Sequence record: PQ464595.1
Strand: one strand, 5' to 3'
Length of the DNA stretch: 64,000 nt
Made by a program: the position numbers and the translations under genes. The notes below the pieces were generated by a model. The model worked only from the letters and a program-made list of their open reading frames with translations. It had not been told where the DNA came from and did no database searches. This document shows positions 17,691-28,567 of the stretch, piece after piece; position 1 is the first letter of the stretch; each line of letters begins with the position of its first letter.

Positions 17691-18602
17691 CTATAGGACT
17701 CTCTCAATTAAAATTTAACAGTACTGGCACTATACTCTCTAGGGTAATATCTACCGTACAAAAATATAATACCAGTACTGTCGAAGTGCATCAAGTGCTA
17801 CTCAAATACGCTTAGTACTCAATTTCCTAAGCAACGCAAGAAAGGAGGAAAAACTATGAACACGAGGGTTCAAGTCACCAAGCAGTCTACACCACAGGGC
17901 TAGGCTTCAGTACTGGTACGTGTTAAGCACCTCCTGAACCATGTGTGTATATTACCCTATCCCCAGCCTGGACGCAAGGACTTTTCGCAGCTATTTTCAT
18001 TATTCTTCTAGTACTGTACAAGTATCCAGTACTGTACATATACACATGGGTGCTAGAGGTTCGAACATTAGTTACAACATCTTGTTCTATATTCTTTCGG
18101 GGATAGTCTAGTACTGAAATGATTTCTAGCACTATTGAGATTTAGGCTGGAGGTTCAAAGGTACTTCAAAATTTCTAGGATCGGGATTTAGGATAGAGTA
18201 CTTTCCAGATTTTAGCTGAAGTGAGTTCTGGATTTTTCAGTACTGAGATTTTCGTTCGACTTCAGGAACAGATATAGCGGAAGGGGGTTGACAGTACTGA
18301 ACGGTGTATGCTAGGGTATTTCGCACGGTACTGTACGTATCTTCAGTACTGATAACTTATACATAATGTGTATTTTCACAGTACTGTATATTAATACATA
18401 GAATATCGCGAACGCTATTTTGGCCTGTTTGAATCCTTTCGATATCGCTCATGCGTATCTACAGGAATCAAACTAATGGATTGTAGAGCGTTCTATGAGG
18501 TTCTAGGGGGTATATTAGTACTATCTATGATGTTCTTTACTAGGTCGTTGTTTTCCTTATATGGGTAAATACGTATAAGATTTTTATATAAGGAGAGAAA
18601 GT

Positions 18603-19775
18603 ATGTTACCATTTCCACAATTAGTAGTATACGGAAATTCTACAACTCCGATACTGTCTATTAAAAAGTTTGCGACGGGTGCTGCTAATACCGGATTATT
18701 ATATAGTAATGGTGAATTATACATGGGAGGTATAAATTCTAATTATCAGTTAGGATTAGGTACTAACACGACCATGAATGGAACACATAATTTAAGCTTA
18801 ACAGGAGTTGATACTTTTTACATACATTATTATGCTACGATAGCGATAATGAATAATGGTACTATAATGTTTGTGGGAAGGAATGCTAATTTCTTTGGCA
18901 CAGGTGGTAATAGTACAGTATGGATTGATTGCACATCATATTTCAGTTCTAAAGGTTTAACTACTGGAAGTATTTCAGATATACAGATGGGCAATAATGG
19001 TACGGTAGTACTTGACACATCGGGTAATATGTATGGTATAGGAACTAATCAGTACGGGGAGTTTGGTAGAGGTAATTCTACGGCATTAACATCTTTAACA
19101 TTACTTGACACATCTGTACAGAAGATTAGTTATGTAGCTGATTCGTTATATTATTTGAAGGGTAATAATTTATATAGGGCTGGAAGAAATACTAGTGGAG
19201 AATTAGGTGATTCTAGTACTACTAACAAGAATACGTTTTCGGTTTTAACTGGCACGAATTTTAATGGTTTAATAATTGACGTTAAGGGTGGAACTAACAC
19301 CTGTATGATATTAGCAAATCCAGCTACTGGTTTAAGATATTACTATACTGGTTCAAGAGCTTATGGAGTACAGGGGAATGGAGTTGATGCGGCGGCGATA
19401 TCGACATTTACGAATCAATCATCAATGAACAATAAGATTACTGCGTTAACTACTAACACATCTGGAACATCGAATTACATATCACATGTATATGCTACTG
19501 ATGGGATATATGGATGTGGATATGATAATGGTGGAGCGGTAGGTACTGCTGGAGTTGGAAGGAGTGGTTCACCGGTTCGAATATTATCATGGACATTATG
19601 TGCGGGGATACCGAGTACTGACTTAAGTACTATAAAGTTTTTTAGTTCATTTGATGGTATTAATGCTACATTTTTTTCATACAATGATAGTTTATATGCT
19701 TGTGGATTATCGGCCTTTACCGGATTGCCGAGTAATACAACTTCATTTACAAAATTAACAAACACACCATATTAA
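18603..19775 (+). CDS. MLPFP-family protein 1, RCC1/BLIP-II-like beta-propeller; putative virion or adhesin protein
   Basis: Repeats such as G.N.YGEFG.G and AG.N.SGELG. Confidence 0.8.
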   Translation: MLPFPQLVVYGNSTTPILSIKKFATGAANTGLLYSNGELYMGGINSNYQLGLGTNTTMNGTHNLSLTGVDTFYIHYYATIAIMNNGTIMFVGRNANFFGTGGNSTVWIDCTSYFSSKGLTTGSISDIQMGNNGTVVLDTSGNMYGIGTNQYGEFGRGNSTALTSLTLLDTSVQKISYVADSLYYLKGNNLYRAGRNTSGELGDSSTTNKNTFSVLTGTNFNGLIIDVKGGTNTCMILANPATGLRYYYTGSRAYGVQGNGVDAAAISTFTNQSSMNNKITALTTNTSGTSNYISHVYATDGIYGCGYDNGGAVGTAGVGRSGSPVRILSWTLCAGIPSTDLSTIKFFSSFDGINATFFSYNDSLYACGLSAFTGLPSNTTSFTKLTNTPY

Positions 19776-19787
19776 GGAGAAAGAGGA

Positions 19788-21812
19788 ATGTTACCATTTC
19801 CAATATTAAACTATTACGGGAATAATATAGTACCTCCTGTTAAGTTAATTAAGAGATTTTCAATATCATCTAATGGTTCAGGAGTACTATTACATTACAC
19901 TAATGGTGATTTATATGCTTTAGGAACAAACACTTCTGGTAAGTTTGGTACAGGTGATACTACTGCTATCACGGGTGCTTGGAGATTAATAGCAAGTAAT
20001 GTACGTAAGTACGTATGTTCTCATAACTTTACTATAGTAATACACAATGATGGTACTGTACTGTACAGTGGTAATGTGGGTGGTATATTCACATCGGCAT
20101 TAGGGTATTCATTTCCTAACAGTACTGTCTTTGCGGATATGACTTCGGCGTTTAGTACATTTGATATATCTGGCATTAAGTCCTTAGAGGCATGTGAGGA
20201 TTCGGGCACTAGATTCTGGTTAATAGACAAGGATAATGTTCTATGGTGTATAGGTTCAAATCAGTACTACGCACTAGGTTCATCATCATCGTTAGCGACT
20301 GTTAACTGGACACAGGCGGTGAATGGTACTAATGTTGAAAGAGTTATGCCAGGATTACAGGCGGTATGGATTAAGAAGTTAGACGGTACTTACTGGAGAG
20401 CTGGGACCAATGCTTATGGAACATTAATGGGTTCAAATAGTACGGCGACAAATACTACATTTACTATGCAGAATACATATACTGGAACATCAGATGCGAG
20501 TACTATAGTGAACTTAACTATGTCTCAATACAACATGTATCTATTAATGAAGGATGGTACAGTACGAATATATGGTAATAAGGGTGCAGGGCAGGTTGGT
20601 GATGGAACAACAACTGGTACAGCCTTTTCGCCATTCAATCCTAGTCTTACCGGAATAACTAAGATACAAGATAGTACTGGTTCGTTTTACAGTTCATACT
20701 TGGTTGGTCCGAATGGATTATTAGTTTCGGGTCAGGGTACAAACAACATGTTTGGTTTAGGTACTGGAGCATCGCCTACTACATTCACATTATCCAATAC
20801 AGGTGTAATTACCAATTTAGATTATGCTAATTTAGATTACGTTAATTTTGTCACCTCGAACGCGGGATATGTGGTTGTTGGAGATGAAGTATATGCGGCG
20901 GGGAATACTACTTATACATTAGGTGCTGCGGCATATAATACATGGACATTGATGAACACGCCATTGAGTACACATTGGGGTACTGCTGGATTAGTTAGTA
21001 CTGTTACAAATACGAGTACTACATCACCGACAATGACTAGGTACAGTCATAGTAGATGTTCATACGGGGATGATAAGTTCATTATCTATGGTGGATACAA
21101 TGGTAGTACTATTTTCAATGACATTAACATATATGATGGTACAACAGGAACATGGAGTACTGTACCGGTGACGGCGAGTACACAGGCGAGATTTGGTTCA
21201 GGAATTTGTACTATTGGAGATACTATGTATGTCTTTTGTGGTAACAGTACTACATCGACTGCGACAAACACGGTATACTCGGTGGATTTGATTACAGGCG
21301 AGTGGACGTTACTTACAACAACTGGAACACCTACTGCGAGATCGCATGTAAGAGCTTGTACTATAGGAAATATGATATACTTATGGGGTGGTGAGAGTGT
21401 ATCCACGTGGTATTCATTTAATCCTAATACTAATGTGTTTACGTCTATGACGAGTTCACCACTTACTGCGACTATTGATTCGGATATGGTTACTGATGGA
21501 AAGGACATATACATTAACAATAATACTGCTGGATTTTACAAGTACAGTTTCAAGACTAACAGTTGGGTGACATTATCGAACAAGAACAGTGCTGCGATGA
21601 AGATGGCATACAGTAACGGATACATTTATTGTACTATGGCTGGCAATACATTTATGTTCGCATATAAGGTAAGTACTAACATCTGGACGCAATTACCTAA
21701 TCCTTCATTGATTAGTACTAGTCGTCAGTGTTTAGCATCGGCGGCGGGTAAGGTAGTATATACTGGCGGTATAGCTAGTACTAACAGTAATAACTGTTTT
21801 ACAATAACATAA
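19788..21812 (+). CDS. MLPFP-family protein 2, RCC1-like plus Kelch beta-propeller
   Basis: RCC1-like repeats followed by Kelch repeats (IIYGGYNG...YD, YVFCG, YLWGG). Confidence 0.82.
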   Translation: MLPFPILNYYGNNIVPPVKLIKRFSISSNGSGVLLHYTNGDLYALGTNTSGKFGTGDTTAITGAWRLIASNVRKYVCSHNFTIVIHNDGTVLYSGNVGGIFTSALGYSFPNSTVFADMTSAFSTFDISGIKSLEACEDSGTRFWLIDKDNVLWCIGSNQYYALGSSSSLATVNWTQAVNGTNVERVMPGLQAVWIKKLDGTYWRAGTNAYGTLMGSNSTATNTTFTMQNTYTGTSDASTIVNLTMSQYNMYLLMKDGTVRIYGNKGAGQVGDGTTTGTAFSPFNPSLTGITKIQDSTGSFYSSYLVGPNGLLVSGQGTNNMFGLGTGASPTTFTLSNTGVITNLDYANLDYVNFVTSNAGYVVVGDEVYAAGNTTYTLGAAAYNTWTLMNTPLSTHWGTAGLVSTVTNTSTTSPTMTRYSHSRCSYGDDKFIIYGGYNGSTIFNDINIYDGTTGTWSTVPVTASTQARFGSGICTIGDTMYVFCGNSTTSTATNTVYSVDLITGEWTLLTTTGTPTARSHVRACTIGNMIYLWGGESVSTWYSFNPNTNVFTSMTSSPLTATIDSDMVTDGKDIYINNNTAGFYKYSFKTNSWVTLSNKNSAAMKMAYSNGYIYCTMAGNTFMFAYKVSTNIWTQLPNPSLISTSRQCLASAAGKVVYTGGIASTNSNNCFTIT

Positions 21813-21821
21813 GGAGAGAAT

Positions 21822-22973
21822 ATGTTACCATTTCCAATATTATTAGAATACGGAAATTCTGTACAAGCTCCACCAACTATAGAAGCATTATATGAAGTTA
21901 GTCCAGGGACGTACTTACTGTATAGTACTGGAGAATTATTTTATAGAGGTAGAAATACGGGTGGAAAATCTGGTATAGGTACTGGTATAAAAAATGATCA
22001 ATGGTATGCTAGTAATACTAATGTACAGATGATTAATTTTGGTGATGGGCCAGGTTTTCTAATGAAAACCGATGGTTCTTACTGGATTACTGCTTCATCT
22101 AACGTGTTAGGAATATCTGGTTATGTAAGTTCTACATGGTCAGATTGTACATCAAAGGTTACTGCCTTTGCTGCACCAGGTGAAATTAAAGCTATTAGTG
22201 GTACTAGTGGTGGTATAGTCATATTAAAAACAGATGGTACTATTTGGGTAGCAGGTTCAAACACTAACGGTCAATTAGGGTTAGGTGCAACGAGTAGTAC
22301 TCAAACATTTACGCAGGTTGCGTCAGATGCGATTTCAATATATTGTTCTCCACAGAATATATTTTATATTAATTCAAGTAATCAATTATTTGGTACAGGT
22401 TATAATAACTTAGGTCAATTAGGCGATGGCACAGTAAATTCAAGTACTACATTTAAGCAATTAACATCTGGTTCGTTATCTACATATCCATATGTACATT
22501 CGGTATCTGGTATTAGTTCCAATACTATATTAATGTGTAGTGCTACTTCAACATCGGAAAAGGTATTATTAGCATGTGGTTCAGGAAGTAATATAGGATT
22601 AACTACTGGAACATCACAACAAAATTCATTTGTTTTAGTTCCATCAATGAGTTCTAGTACTGCTAGAGTGATAAAGTTAAGTCCTTCGATGGGTTCTGCG
22701 TCGAACATGTTTGTATTAACAACGGATGGATTATATTTCATAGGTAATAGTCAATACAATCAGAGTGGTATAGGAAGTACTGGACAAACATTATATACTA
22801 AGGTTACTACATTACCTGATAGTATAGATAATGTTCAAAACATTTCATATTTTGGTTCAAGTTCTGAGGGTTCAGCAATTCATTATAATAATAAAGTTTA
22901 CAGTACTGGTGCTGCTGGAGCATGGGGTTCAGGAAGTTCCACATGGGTATTAAGAACAGACACACCATATTAA
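21822..22973 (+). CDS. MLPFP-family protein 3, RCC1-like beta-propeller
   Basis: AGSNTNGQLGLG and TGYNNLGQLGDG repeats. Confidence 0.82.
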   Translation: MLPFPILLEYGNSVQAPPTIEALYEVSPGTYLLYSTGELFYRGRNTGGKSGIGTGIKNDQWYASNTNVQMINFGDGPGFLMKTDGSYWITASSNVLGISGYVSSTWSDCTSKVTAFAAPGEIKAISGTSGGIVILKTDGTIWVAGSNTNGQLGLGATSSTQTFTQVASDAISIYCSPQNIFYINSSNQLFGTGYNNLGQLGDGTVNSSTTFKQLTSGSLSTYPYVHSVSGISSNTILMCSATSTSEKVLLACGSGSNIGLTTGTSQQNSFVLVPSMSSSTARVIKLSPSMGSASNMFVLTTDGLYFIGNSQYNQSGIGSTGQTLYTKVTTLPDSIDNVQNISYFGSSSEGSAIHYNNKVYSTGAAGAWGSGSSTWVLRTDTPY

Positions 22974-22985
22974 GGAGAAAAAGGA

Positions 22986-24140
22986 ATGTTACCATTTCCA
23001 ATAATAAATCAGTACGGGAATACTGTACTTAAAAATCAAATAAAGAAAGTAGTGGGTTCAGGTAGAGTTGCTGGATTATTATATAATAATGGAAATTTAT
23101 ACATGAGAGGTTCAAACCAGTATACTAATTTTGGTATAGCTGGTGCATCTGATTATAAAAATTGGGTACTAGTGCATACTAATGTAAAAGAGGTATGGTT
23201 AAATAATTATCACACAGTGATACAGACATATGATGATCAATTCTTATGTGCTGGATATGGAAGGGCAATAGGATATGGTGGAACGAATTATTTGTGGATG
23301 GTGTATGATAGATTATACACATTAACATCTACACCAGCAAGTACTGTTCAGCAAATATGTTTGAATCAATATGGTACATTTGTATTATTGAATACTAATA
23401 ATTTATATGCTTTAGGATTTAACGCAGCTTACTGTTTAGGTGTTGGTGCGTTGAACAGTATTAGTACTGCGTTCACATTAACACGATCCGCGACTAAGTA
23501 CATTCATAGTAATATCAATGGCACTTTTGCTATAGGAACTAATAATTTACTATATGCACGTGGTTCAGCGTCGAACTTTAGGATGGGTAATAACAGTAAT
23601 ACTGACATGTCATCTTGGACTCAGATAACATTACCTACTGGATACACGTATCCAATTTTAGCGTTTGAGGGTTATATACATACATTAATATATGCTGCGT
23701 CAGATAGTTCTTTAAGTAGTACTGCGATATTATATTGTGGTTATACCTCGACCAACCCAGGCGGTGCTATTCCACCATATGGTTCTAACTATACTCCTAT
23801 TTTTAGAGTTGGGGCTGGTGGTACAAATAATTCATTTTCATCATTTGGTACTGGATATCAAGATACAGGCCATAAATCATTTTATACTGATTTTGGTAGT
23901 ACAAATTTATATTCTGCGGGAACTGCGGGACCAAGTTTAGGATCAGCTACTAATAAAAGTTCTGGATTTACTATTATGCCATTACCAAGTACTGGAATAA
24001 CTTCATTTTGTACTGTTGGCACGACTGATACAGTAGGTGCAACATTTGCTGTACATAATAATTTATTGTATGCGTGTGGAGATAGCACATGGTTAGATGC
24101 TACCACATACAATTTTGTTTTACAATCTGTACCAGAATAA
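22986..24140 (+). CDS. MLPFP-family protein 4, RCC1-like beta-propeller
   Basis: RGSNQY.NFG and LGFNAAYCLGVG repeats. Confidence 0.8.
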   Translation: MLPFPIINQYGNTVLKNQIKKVVGSGRVAGLLYNNGNLYMRGSNQYTNFGIAGASDYKNWVLVHTNVKEVWLNNYHTVIQTYDDQFLCAGYGRAIGYGGTNYLWMVYDRLYTLTSTPASTVQQICLNQYGTFVLLNTNNLYALGFNAAYCLGVGALNSISTAFTLTRSATKYIHSNINGTFAIGTNNLLYARGSASNFRMGNNSNTDMSSWTQITLPTGYTYPILAFEGYIHTLIYAASDSSLSSTAILYCGYTSTNPGGAIPPYGSNYTPIFRVGAGGTNNSFSSFGTGYQDTGHKSFYTDFGSTNLYSAGTAGPSLGSATNKSSGFTIMPLPSTGITSFCTVGTTDTVGATFAVHNNLLYACGDSTWLDATTYNFVLQSVPE

Positions 24141-24152
24141 GGAGAAAAAATT

Positions 24153-24662
24153 ATGTTACCATTTCCAATAATGAATCAATATGGAAATATCATTGTACGT
24201 GATGATTATGAGAGGTTTATCCTGGAGTTAACATCTAGCAGTACTAATAAGTTAGTGACGTACAATCAATCTTATAGTCTACTAAATGCGTCAGGAGCTT
24301 ATGATAGAGTTTATATGTATGGTACGTCTTCTGTATCAGGAACTATGTGGGGAACACCTTATGGGAATAAAATGACATGGGATAGTACTTTTTGTAGAGT
24401 TATACAACATGCTTTCCCAACTCAAGATTTATATAATGATTTTATAGCAAATGGTTCTAATAGAGTAGTTTGTTTTGTACGTTCTCCTATTACTTCTATG
24501 TCAAATTACATTTCATTAACTAGAAATGGATATACTAGTTCAACATATTCTACATTTAGTGGGTGCACTATAACACAGTTTATATATTATGATAATAATT
24601 CTGGCAGAGTTATGACATATGATCCTAGTACTATTAGTACTCCAACATTTTATTATCCATAA
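24153..24662 (+). CDS. MLPFP-family protein 5, unrelated small C-terminal domain
   Basis: Shared N-terminal peptide, GGAG RBS. Confidence 0.75.
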   Translation: MLPFPIMNQYGNIIVRDDYERFILELTSSSTNKLVTYNQSYSLLNASGAYDRVYMYGTSSVSGTMWGTPYGNKMTWDSTFCRVIQHAFPTQDLYNDFIANGSNRVVCFVRSPITSMSNYISLTRNGYTSSTYSTFSGCTITQFIYYDNNSGRVMTYDPSTISTPTFYYP

Positions 24663-24671
24663 GGAGGATAT

Positions 24672-25841
24672 ATGTTACCATTTCCACAATTAGTTCAGTA
24701 CGGGAATATAGCACCACAACCCTTACCGATTAAAAAATTACTTACTCACAATAATTCTGTATTTGTTCTTATGTTCTCTGGTCAATTATATGTCAGAGGA
24801 TTTAATACATCGGGCCAATTAGGAGTAGGTAGTACTACAAACGTAACCACCTGGACATTAAGTACTACAAGTGTAGATGATTTATGGGTTGGTGGTACTT
24901 CTACATTAATACGAAAATATGATGGCTCTTATATGTTCGCAGGTAATAATACTGGTGTTGGTAATGCCAACGGTACTAGTACAACGACATGGGCAGCGTG
25001 GACAGTGAAAGATACATTAACTTTAGGTATTATAGATATTGCTCTCAGTACTGGTTCTATTAGCGTATTACTAGAAGATGGTACTATTAAATCAGCAGGC
25101 ATTGGTTCTAACGGTCAATTAGGAAATAACACAACAACAAATAATATAGTTAGTTCATTTGTTAATAGTATTATTCCTGTTGGTGTTACGCCAGTTTCAT
25201 TATTAGCTTCCAATACGATGCATGGTTTTATTGGTGATAATAACAGATTATATCATACTGGTACAATTAATGCGGCAAATACAGTGAGTCCTGGCACAGC
25301 ACAATATACAACATATACATTAAATCCAGTAATAGGTAGTACTAATGCAGTACTTAGCTACATGAACAACTCAAACGGTTTAGCTATGGGTTTAATAAGA
25401 ACGTCAGGAAATGTTGTAAGAATGTACTTTGGTGGCTCTCAAATATTTGGTCAAATGGCTGATGGTGTTAACGGTAGTTTATCAAATTTAAAAGCATTTG
25501 GTGATTTTACTGGTACTCCATATCCATCTGGAACAATTCTTGATATAGCTACAGGATATTCATATTATGCTCAAATGGTTATTACCAGTACTGGTATATT
25601 TGCTGCTGGTCGAAACACAGGTTCTCAGGCTGGAGCATTAAGTACTGGTATTGCGTCGGAGGCATTAACATATACATCGTGTGTATTACCTTCTGGATTT
25701 GATACTACCAACGCTAAGGTTTCTATGTGTCAGGGAAGAACATATTTAACAGATGGCAATTTCATTTATAGTTCAGGTACATTAACAACTTATGGTGGCC
25801 CAAGTACTACTACATTTATTTTAGATGACCCAAGATATTAA
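24672..25841 (+). CDS. MLPFP-family protein 6, RCC1-like beta-propeller
   Basis: RGFNTSGQLGVG and AGIGSNGQLG repeats. Confidence 0.82.
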   Translation: MLPFPQLVQYGNIAPQPLPIKKLLTHNNSVFVLMFSGQLYVRGFNTSGQLGVGSTTNVTTWTLSTTSVDDLWVGGTSTLIRKYDGSYMFAGNNTGVGNANGTSTTTWAAWTVKDTLTLGIIDIALSTGSISVLLEDGTIKSAGIGSNGQLGNNTTTNNIVSSFVNSIIPVGVTPVSLLASNTMHGFIGDNNRLYHTGTINAANTVSPGTAQYTTYTLNPVIGSTNAVLSYMNNSNGLAMGLIRTSGNVVRMYFGGSQIFGQMADGVNGSLSNLKAFGDFTGTPYPSGTILDIATGYSYYAQMVITSTGIFAAGRNTGSQAGALSTGIASEALTYTSCVLPSGFDTTNAKVSMCQGRTYLTDGNFIYSSGTLTTYGGPSTTTFILDDPRY

Positions 25842-25850
25842 GGAGTAATT

Positions 25851-26468
25851 ATGTTACCATTTCCACGAATGCTACAGTACGGCAATACAGTACTGAATAT
25901 ACCGAAATATGAATATACATTTTCAAATAGCACATCTGTAAGTTCTGGATTATTATCTGGAACAGTTAGTGGTGGTTCATATATTTCAGTTCCCGTAAGT
26001 GGTTATACTACTGGTATAGGTGGTGCGACATTAACATTTCCCAGTGCTTTATCTATTGGTACTGGTGATTATTACATGGAGGCCGAATATTACAATAACA
26101 ACAACGTTGTTGGATATAGTATTATCTCCACTTTTAATCAGAATACTGGATTCAGGTACGGTGATGGTGGATATGGAAACCGTATACAGTACGCAGGTAA
26201 TGCAGGAAATCAGGCATTACAGTATGCGGTTCCTAACACACGAAGCAGTACATATCAACAAGTACTTAAGCTTAGATGGGAGCGTAAGTCTGGAATATCT
26301 AAGTTTTACGTAAATGGGGTACAGACTAATTTTGCGATAGGAACTAGTACTACGTACAGTAATTCTGAGATTCAGGACACAATGGATTTTGCCACATTGA
26401 CGCCATTAACTTCTTTAAATTTAGGAAGTACAGGTATGGCATTAATTAATTTAAAATTAAATTTTTAG
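25851..26468 (+). CDS. MLPFP-family protein 7, LamG/lectin-like beta-sandwich (tentative)
   Basis: IGTGDYYMEAEYY...LRWERKSGISKFYVNG resembles a ConA/LamG-type sandwich. Confidence 0.65.
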   Translation: MLPFPRMLQYGNTVLNIPKYEYTFSNSTSVSSGLLSGTVSGGSYISVPVSGYTTGIGGATLTFPSALSIGTGDYYMEAEYYNNNNVVGYSIISTFNQNTGFRYGDGGYGNRIQYAGNAGNQALQYAVPNTRSSTYQQVLKLRWERKSGISKFYVNGVQTNFAIGTSTTYSNSEIQDTMDFATLTPLTSLNLGSTGMALINLKLNF

Positions 26469-26477
26469 GAGAAGAAT

Positions 26478-27116
26478 ATGTTACCATTTCCACGATTATT
26501 AACATATGGAGTTCAGCCGGGTCCAATATATAAAGTAGATCATAATTTTAGTACTAATACAAGTACTGGATCATTAACATCTGTATGGTCTGGTGGTTCA
26601 TATGGAACAATACCAGCAGTCCCAACTAACACATATGGTTATACCCAAGGTGCTACTTCTGGAACATTAACAGTGTCTAGCGGATTTAATATAGGAACTT
26701 CTGATTGTTTTATTGAATGTATATTTTATGTTAATTCAAACTCTAGTACGTTAAATCAGTCATTTCTTAGTTTTGGTGGTCCATATCCTAGTACATCATT
26801 TACTGGAATGCAATACGGTGATTCAGGGCAGAAATATAGATTATCAGCATTTTTAGGTTTAGGTTCAGATGGTAATAAAGTTCACTGTTTAGACAGAACT
26901 GCCAATACTGATTATCAAAATGTATTAAGATTTAGATTAGAAAGAAAATCGGGAATAGAGAAATTATACTTAAACGGAATTCAACAGAATTTTGCTCAAG
27001 GTGGTAGTACTACATATATTCAGAGTATAGCTAATAGTGTCAGTATATCTAATCAAACTTCAATATCGGTAGGTGGTGCTAATTTATATCTAGCACGTTT
27101 AATAATAAATTACTAG
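26478..27116 (+). CDS. MLPFP-family protein 8, paralog of protein 7
   Basis: IGTSDCFIEC...FRLERKSGIEKLYLNG. Confidence 0.65.
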   Translation: MLPFPRLLTYGVQPGPIYKVDHNFSTNTSTGSLTSVWSGGSYGTIPAVPTNTYGYTQGATSGTLTVSSGFNIGTSDCFIECIFYVNSNSSTLNQSFLSFGGPYPSTSFTGMQYGDSGQKYRLSAFLGLGSDGNKVHCLDRTANTDYQNVLRFRLERKSGIEKLYLNGIQQNFAQGGSTTYIQSIANSVSISNQTSISVGGANLYLARLIINY

Positions 27117-27138
27117 GAGAAAATAATATGGCAAATAA

Positions 27139-27170
27139 CAAAAAAAACCCGCTCAAGGCGGGTTTTTTTG
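27139..27170. terminator. bidirectional intrinsic terminator
   Basis: A-run-CCCGC-TCAAG-GCGGG-T7 between convergent genes. Confidence 0.85.
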
Positions 27171-27695
27171 TTATTTGACTGATGGAAGCGACTCAACCAA
27201 CTCGACATAACGTTTGAAAGCTGCGTTGATCATTGAGTCGTTATATCCAACTTCGCAGTACTCATTACGACGCAGGCTGATTAACTGCCCTTCCGTATAT
27301 CCAGTATTGTTAGAGGCATAAAACTTTTCGAATGGTTCAAACAGATTAATCATTCGCATATCTTTATGCTGATTATCAGTGCGATACGGCTGATAGAACT
27401 CATGCTTAATTGATTCAGTATGAGTTATTTTTACAATCTGTAGCTTGTACTTCAATACGATTTCTTTCTTTTCGTCATGAAGTTCTTTGAGCTTAGATTG
27501 TGCTTCTTCAATGGTATTGAATGACAACGGTGATTGCCATTCACGGTCGCGTTCACTGAGGCTTACGAACCGATAACCGCCCATTGTATCGAACAGAACA
27601 GTACTAGCATCATTATCTTTGCTGATATAGAATGATGTACGTACACATTCTGGAAACTTATTAGTACTGATGATATGCATTTTCATATTACCCAC
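27171..27695 (-). CDS. hypothetical protein
   Basis: 174-aa ORF. Confidence 0.7.
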   Translation of the reverse strand: MGNMKMHIISTNKFPECVRTSFYISKDNDASTVLFDTMGGYRFVSLSERDREWQSPLSFNTIEEAQSKLKELHDEKKEIVLKYKLQIVKITHTESIKHEFYQPYRTDNQHKDMRMINLFEPFEKFYASNNTGYTEGQLISLRRNEYCEVGYNDSMINAAFKRYVELVESLPSVK

Positions 27696-28353
27696 CGAAG
27701 CTACGTGAACCAGAAGAATGAGAACTGAAAGAACTTGAGCTATGCGATGATGAACTCATTTTACTTACAGTACCACCAAATCCACCACGTGTTGTTGTGG
27801 TAGTTGTCGCTGCTTTAGGTGCGAGTGAACTTTTAGGAACACTAGCAGTACCTTTAGAAGTAAAGGAACCGAATGAAGTACCTTTACTATCTACGAACTT
27901 ACCGTACATCGGAGAGTTATAACTCCGAGAACTGTACAGTGGTTGGCTTGGATAGTTCGCATGTGATGAACTATAGCCTGACATTAACGGGAACCACATA
28001 AAGGAACTATGAGAACCGTTAGTAGTACTGACATTGTTCGCAGTACTTTGCTGCGAGTTACATTGTCCAATACCGAATTCATCTTCACAGTCTTTCTGAG
28101 AAGAATACTTAGGTGCGACTTTCGCATTTTGAGATAATGCGTTCTGGTAATCCAGAGCACATTGATCCTTTGCGGCCTGATTAGCAGCACTACTTTCACA
28201 GTCCTGGATAGTTTTGTACACTGAAACACTTTCAGCGTCATCACAACCAGTAAGGAACATAGAGCCACCAACAGCAATGAACAGAGCACTATATTTCCAG
28301 AAGGTATGTACTTTGCGAAAACGAGAATAGTTCATTACTTTAGTACGTTTCAT
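27688..28353 (-). CDS. DUF1190 (YgiB/YjfM-like) lipoprotein
   Basis: LTGC lipobox, YKTIQDC...APKY...DCEDEFG..QC, PLMSGY, SQPLY, RGGFG, SFGG C-terminus. Confidence 0.88.
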   Translation of the reverse strand: MKRTKVMNYSRFRKVHTFWKYSALFIAVGGSMFLTGCDDAESVSVYKTIQDCESSAANQAAKDQCALDYQNALSQNAKVAPKYSSQKDCEDEFGIGQCNSQQSTANNVSTTNGSHSSFMWFPLMSGYSSSHANYPSQPLYSSRSYNSPMYGKFVDSKGTSFGSFTSKGTASVPKSSLAPKAATTTTTTRGGFGGTVSKMSSSSHSSSSFSSHSSGSRSFGG

Positions 28354-28517
28354 TTCTTTTTCTTCCCGAATTTCTTTTTCTTCTTAGGACGGTTCGTACC
28401 TACTTTACCACGATCATCACGAGCCAAATGACGTGGGGCAGAATACGTTTGCATAGTACCCATTGTTGCTAAGGTCAATGCTTGGAGAACGATGCGATCA
28501 GCTTCTGAACTATTCAT
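28350..28517 (-). CDS. small basic protein (55 aa, not in track)
   Basis: GAGG RBS; ATGA overlap with the DUF1190 gene. Confidence 0.6.
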   Translation of the reverse strand: MNSSEADRIVLQALTLATMGTMQTYSAPRHLARDDRGKVGTNRPKKKKKFGKKKK

Positions 28518-28567
28518 AATAGTATCCTCTCAATTAAAATTCCCCGTACTATGTACGGGGATAGTTA

